Sequence record: SRR31156797_3432
Length of the DNA: 64,000 bases
Reading direction: 5' to 3' (one strand)
Part shown: positions 59,574-64,000 of the stretch, piece by piece
How positions within the stretch are numbered: position 1 is the stretch's first letter
How the letters are laid out: every line of letters begins with the position of its first letter
Made by a program: the position numbers and the translations under genes
Notes under the pieces: generated by a model
Seen by the model: only the letters and a program-made list of their open reading frames with translations
Database searches by the model: none
Told to the model about the DNA's origin: nothing

Positions 59574-60881
59574 TTGCGTAAATATTTCATATATACAATG
59601 GGCTGTCAGATGAACGAATACGATACACTTCGTATCGCCTCAGTTTTTGAAAAGATGGGATTCGCTGAAGCAGAAGCTATGGAAGACGGCGACTACCTTA
59701 TATTAAATACATGTAGCGTGAGAGAGAAACCCCAGCATAAGGCTGAATCCGCCATTGGTCGTTTTAGTAAGATTAAAAGAAAACGTCCGGAGGTGAAGAT
59801 AGGCTTTTGCGGTTGCGTAGCTCAGCAGGAGGGGGAAGCTCTTCTGAAATGGAATAAGGATATAGATTTTGTTGTGGGAACTGACGGGCTTCACCGTCTT
59901 GAAGAAGTTGTTGCGCATGTCGAAGCTGGTGAGCGTCTTAGTGACACACAGGTGAACGAAGGCGGTCTTGAGATAGATATTTTCAAACGCAGGGTCTCTG
60001 CATCTTCATTTGTTACCATCATGAAAGGGTGTGATAACTTTTGCAGTTATTGCATAGTTCCGTATGTTCGTGGTCGTGAGAAGAGCAGGAGTGTTCAGGA
60101 GATTATGGATGAGGTGAACTACCTTGCCGATAATGGTGCTAAGGAGATTACTCTTTTAGGACAGAATGTTAACTCTTTCGGTACAAAGCTTGATGGTGAT
60201 ATCTCTTTTACAGATCTTCTTCAGAAAGTGAGCGATGTCGAGGCACTTAAGCGTATTAGATTTATGACATCCCACCCCAAGGATTTCTCTGATGAGCTTA
60301 TAGATGTTATGCGTGATAATGATAAAATCTGCGAATTTCTTCACCTTCCGCTTCAGGCTGGGAGTGATTCTGTGCTTAAGAGGATGAACAGGAAATATAC
60401 ATACGAACATTATAAAGAGAGGATGCTGAGGGCTAAAGAGATGATACCTGAGCTTTCAGTCTCCAGTGATTTTATTGTTGGTTTCCCCGGCGAGACCGAT
60501 GAAGATTTTCAGGCGACAATGCGTGCTCTCGAAGAAGTTCGCTACGATATGATATACGCATTTAATTATTCCACCAGACCGGGGACAAAGTCAGAAGATT
60601 TCGAAGATGATGTTCCTCTTGAAGTAAAAAAGATGAGACTTAGTAAGCTTTTAGATACACAGAAAAAAATTATAGCTGGTAATTCAGCAGCTTATCAGGA
60701 TAAAGTAGTAGAAGTATTGGTTGAGGGCACTGCTAAAAAAGGTGTTGATCAATATAGCGGTAGAAACCGTCAGAATAGAGTGGTAAATTTTACAAGTGAC
60801 ACTATATTAACCGAGGGTGACTTTGTTAATGTGAAGATCACAGAGCCGAGGCCAAACAGTCTTCTCGGTATTAAGGTTTAG
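59574..60881 (+). CDS. miaB: tRNA-2-methylthio-N6-dimethylallyladenosine synthase
   Basis: GCQMN, NTCSVRE, GCDNFCSYCIVP, TRAM domain; TTG start after a GGAG RBS. Confidence 0.95.
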   Translation: MRKYFIYTMGCQMNEYDTLRIASVFEKMGFAEAEAMEDGDYLILNTCSVREKPQHKAESAIGRFSKIKRKRPEVKIGFCGCVAQQEGEALLKWNKDIDFVVGTDGLHRLEEVVAHVEAGERLSDTQVNEGGLEIDIFKRRVSASSFVTIMKGCDNFCSYCIVPYVRGREKSRSVQEIMDEVNYLADNGAKEITLLGQNVNSFGTKLDGDISFTDLLQKVSDVEALKRIRFMTSHPKDFSDELIDVMRDNDKICEFLHLPLQAGSDSVLKRMNRKYTYEHYKERMLRAKEMIPELSVSSDFIVGFPGETDEDFQATMRALEEVRYDMIYAFNYSTRPGTKSEDFEDDVPLEVKKMRLSKLLDTQKKIIAGNSAAYQDKVVEVLVEGTAKKGVDQYSGRNRQNRVVNFTSDTILTEGDFVNVKITEPRPNSLLGIKV

Positions 60882-60891
60882 GGGTAGAGAA

Positions 60892-61293
60892 ATGTATGAG
60901 GTAAAAGTTGCAGGTGTTATCAGAGAGCCGTTAACGTCGAGATATATGCTTATTCTTGATGCTAAAGTCGAAGGGGACGAAGACCTTTTCATCCCTGTGG
61001 GTAAGTTTGAAGCATCAAATATTTCATCTAGGACTTGTCCGGATGGAAAATGTGCGCCCTCACCGTATGATATCCTGAGCCCAATACTTGATTGTTCTGA
61101 GAGTGTGGAATTTGATAAACTTGTTATAGATGACTGTGACTGCGGTATATACACTGCAAAGCTTTATATGAAACTCAATGGTGAAAAGAAAACTATGGAC
61201 TGCCGTCCGTCTGATGGGGTTGTTTTAGCTCTGGACAGGTCTATACCAGTTTTTATAGCAAAGGTACTTACCTGCCCAGAAGAAGTTTTTTAA
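60892..61293 (+). CDS. Bifunctional nuclease (DUF151/BFN) family protein
   Basis: IPVGKFEA, DCRPSDG motif; follows miaB. Confidence 0.78.
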   Translation: MYEVKVAGVIREPLTSRYMLILDAKVEGDEDLFIPVGKFEASNISSRTCPDGKCAPSPYDILSPILDCSESVEFDKLVIDDCDCGIYTAKLYMKLNGEKKTMDCRPSDGVVLALDRSIPVFIAKVLTCPEEVF

Positions 61294-61332
61294 CAATAGT
61301 CTGAAATTATTTAAACTATTAGTGCAATTAAT

Positions 61333-61827
61333 TTACTCTGCGCATCCTGTGAGTTCGTAAGGGACTGTTTTGAATGAGCCGAGTGAGTTTGTTATAGGGT
61401 AGCCAGCAGCCATCCAGCTGTGGATTCCGCCCTTAAGATTAGATACAGTATTAAAACCTAGCTCTTTCAAAGAAGCAGCAGCCATAAGACCTCTGGTTCC
61501 TTTCTTGCAATAAATTATTATGTTCTGATCAGGCTTGATAGCACCTTTAAAAGCGATAATATCTACAAGACCTCTAGGGGAATGCATGAAGTTAGCAGCT
61601 TCGATTTTACCCGCTTCCACTTCATTCTTCTCACGGACGTCGATTAGAAGGAATTCTTTCTTGTCTTTGTTCATCTGCATGAGTTGCTCTGGTGTAATCT
61701 CCTCAACAAGTTTCATAGCAGCTTTCTTTTTAGCTTTGAAAAGATCAGCCGGGGAAGCAGCAAATGCGCTCACCGCAAAAAGAGTAAGAACCGCAACGGC
61801 AACAATTTTTAAAATACGTGTGTTCAT
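61333..61827 (-). CDS. Exported single-domain rhodanese/sulfurtransferase
   Basis: Signal peptide ending in AFA; LIDVRE, active loop YCKKGTRG, LKGGIHSW. Confidence 0.85.
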   Translation of the reverse strand: MNTRILKIVAVAVLTLFAVSAFAASPADLFKAKKKAAMKLVEEITPEQLMQMNKDKKEFLLIDVREKNEVEAGKIEAANFMHSPRGLVDIIAFKGAIKPDQNIIIYCKKGTRGLMAAASLKELGFNTVSNLKGGIHSWMAAGYPITNSLGSFKTVPYELTGCAE

Positions 61828-62046
61828 AAAATAAACCTCCTGATAGACAAATTTTATACGCTAATTTTCCCCTTGTAAATTCAAAGTGGGCATAAGCCCA
61901 TAAAAAGATGATAAAAAATTCACTAATTATTATTGTTAAGGTGGACATTAACAAAACTTAATCAGTAAACACTTTACAAGAAAATGATAAACGTAATATT
62001 ATCCTTATTTATACAACAAACATTTATTTGTTCAAGGACTGTTATT

Positions 62047-63066
62047 ATGAAGAAAGTTTCTGTAGAAGAAGCGGTTGGTCAGGTTCTCGCTTACGACATT
62101 ACCGAGATCAACAAAGATAAAGGAACCAAAGGGCGTGCTTATAAGCGTGGGCATATCATTCAGGAATCTGAACTGGAGCACCTTAAAAGCCTCGGCAGAA
62201 AGACTGTATACATCGAGGATGGTAATGACAGCGGAGTTCACGAGGACGACGCAGCGAAAATTACTGCGCCGCTCGCCGCCGGTGAAAATATTAATTACGA
62301 CAAAGAGCCTGTTGAGGGGAAGATAAGCTTCTTCGCCTCATGTGATGGACTTTTTAAAATAGACGAAGAGCGTCTATACGAGCTTAACCTTTTAGGGACT
62401 ACATCCCTCCCTAGTATCCATAACAACCTTTGTGTGGAAGAGGGGAAGCAGGTTGCCGCCTTTAGAATAATCCCGCTCGTGTGTGAAAATGAAGTTATGG
62501 AGAAGGTGAAAGAGCTTTTGAAAACTCCGCTCTTTTATGTGAAGCCATACATAGTGAAGACTGTTTCACTTCTTATCACGGGGAGTGAGGTTTATGAAGG
62601 GCGCATTCAGGATGGTTTCGGACCTATTTTAAAGGCGAAAATGAAAGCTTACGGTGTGGAAGTTATCGACTACCGTATAGTCAATGACGATAAAGAGATG
62701 GTGGTCAATGCTGTTAAAGAGCTGGCTGAAAAGTCAGATATGGTTATCTCCACCGGAGGGACATCTGTTGACCCTGATGATATTACAGCTCAGGCGATGG
62801 CTGAGGCGGGTGTAGTTTACGAGATGAAAGGGACACCTCTTCAGCCGGGCAACAACTTTACACTCGGCTATTTAGGTGATAAACCAGTGTGTGCAGTCCC
62901 TGCGGCGGCTCTTCACTTTACTGCGACATCGCTGGATATACTTCTACCGAAGATGCTCGCAGGTGAAAAAGTTACTAAGGAAGATTTAGCGAAACTTGCA
63001 CACGGCGGACTTTGCCATTTTTGCAAAAAATGCGTTTACCCGATATGTCCATTCGGAAGGGGATAG
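62047..63066 (+). CDS. MoeA-like molybdopterin-binding protein with C-terminal Cys cluster
   Basis: AVGQVLAYDIT, HEDDAA, TGSEV, TGGTSVDPDD, GGLCHFCKKCVYPICPFG. Confidence 0.82.
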   Translation: MKKVSVEEAVGQVLAYDITEINKDKGTKGRAYKRGHIIQESELEHLKSLGRKTVYIEDGNDSGVHEDDAAKITAPLAAGENINYDKEPVEGKISFFASCDGLFKIDEERLYELNLLGTTSLPSIHNNLCVEEGKQVAAFRIIPLVCENEVMEKVKELLKTPLFYVKPYIVKTVSLLITGSEVYEGRIQDGFGPILKAKMKAYGVEVIDYRIVNDDKEMVVNAVKELAEKSDMVISTGGTSVDPDDITAQAMAEAGVVYEMKGTPLQPGNNFTLGYLGDKPVCAVPAAALHFTATSLDILLPKMLAGEKVTKEDLAKLAHGGLCHFCKKCVYPICPFGRG

Positions 63067-63070
63067 ATAG

Positions 63071-64000
63071 ATGATTGTAGACAGACATCAAGCGAGAGAG
63101 ATACTTTACGGCTCATTTGATAAGCCGGCTATAGAGAAAATATCCGTTAGGGAGAGCCTAGGCAGAGTTCTAGCAGAAGATATAAGGACTGAGCGTGATT
63201 ATCCTGATACGAGGAAATCAGCAGTAGACGGCTATGCGCACATCCCAGGCAGTTCCAAATACACCTTGATCGGCGAGACTGGTGCCGGGCGTAAAGGACC
63301 TACTGAGATTTCAGGCAGCGAGACAGTTTTTGTTATGACTGGTGCTACTGTTCCTGATGGTGCTGAGTCTGTTGCCAGGGTCGAAGATTGTGAAGAATCT
63401 GATGGTATAGTTGCTATCCCAGAAATGGGGAGTGGCGAGAATATAAACTCCATTGGCGAGGAGTGTGCAAAAGACACTTTGGTTGCGGAGGCTGGCAGTG
63501 TCATTAATGACGGTCTTTTTCCTGTGCTTTTCTATTTAGGACTCAAGGATATAGACGTTTATAAACGACCGAAGATCGGGATTTTTGTCACTGGTGATGA
63601 GATATTAGAGGTTGAGGATGACTATGTCGAAGGGCTGGTCTTCAACACCAACAGGTACATACTCGAATCTTATTTCACACGCTTCGGATTCGATTTTGAA
63701 TACTACGGACACGTTAAAGACAACCGTGAAGATGTGGCTAAAGCTTTCGATGAGATGAGTAAAAAGTTTGATATTATCATCTCTTCCGGCGGGATCAGCA
63801 TGGGTAAATACGACTTTGTTAAAGATGTTTTCCGCTCATTCGACTACGAAGTAAAATTTGAGCGTACACGCATCAAGCCTGGCAGCCCGTTAATGCTCGC
63901 AAGTAAGAGCGGGTGCAGTTTTATAGGTATGCCGGGGTATCCTGCTGCTTTTACGACAAATCTTCTGTTTTATGTTTTACCTGCTCTAAGGAGAGCATAC
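63071..64000 (+). CDS. moeA: Molybdopterin molybdotransferase MoeA (truncated by the window end)
   Basis: Open frame from ATG 63071 with LGRVLAEDI, SAVDGYA, VMTGA.VP, TGDE, SSGGISMGKYD, IKPG.P, GMPGYP; absent from the ORF track because no stop lies in the window. Confidence 0.9.
   Translation, partial: MIVDRHQAREILYGSFDKPAIEKISVRESLGRVLAEDIRTERDYPDTRKSAVDGYAHIPGSSKYTLIGETGAGRKGPTEISGSETVFVMTGATVPDGAESVARVEDCEESDGIVAIPEMGSGENINSIGEECAKDTLVAEAGSVINDGLFPVLFYLGLKDIDVYKRPKIGIFVTGDEILEVEDDYVEGLVFNTNRYILESYFTRFGFDFEYYGHVKDNREDVAKAFDEMSKKFDIIISSGGISMGKYDFVKDVFRSFDYEVKFERTRIKPGSPLMLASKSGCSFIGMPGYPAAFTTNLLFYVLPALRRAY

Overview
A gene-dense bacterial chromosome segment made mostly of core genes. The gene content (LPS and ADP-heptose genes, futalosine-pathway mqnA, class II RNR, rubredoxin/flavodiiron pair, sigma-54 amtB promoter) indicates a Gram-negative anaerobe; a Deferribacterota, Denitrovibrio-like origin is my impression only and was not checked. 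Order: cbiE(-); a long coupled run pyrF-pyrE-PilZ-STAS-rlmN-xseB-ispA-dxs-tlyA-nadK-recN-dedA-M23; LPS glycosyltransferases (-); nrdJ and an Rrf2 regulator (-); tRNA-Gln-proB-proA-nadD-rsfS; trmL-mqnA; a lipid A/LPS modification cluster (PAP2, ArnT-like, GT2, LAB_N, ArnT-like) split by amtB; paaK-ACT-livHMGF-paaK-HD-MATE; rubredoxin-fprA (-); pdxA-rsmA-exonuclease and accD-folC-lptD-hypothetical-DHH (-); FAD/Fe-S oxidoreductase-TPR-TPR-hldE-hldD-GT9-miaB-DUF151; a secreted rhodanese; two MoeA-family genes, the last cut by the window end. I found no CRISPR array, transposase, integrase, prophage or defence island. The most interesting signals are non-coding: (i) four 78-79 bp intergenic elements with divergent sequence but conserved, covarying hairpins, one flanked by a 21-bp duplication of a gene end; (ii) a second family of 122-124 bp palindromic elements; (iii) a near-consensus sigma-54 promoter with three 17-bp enhancer-like sites for a glnK-less amtB, whose 3' UTR holds a long hairpin containing an anti-Shine-Dalgarno sequence. 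All protein calls come from motif recognition, without database searches.
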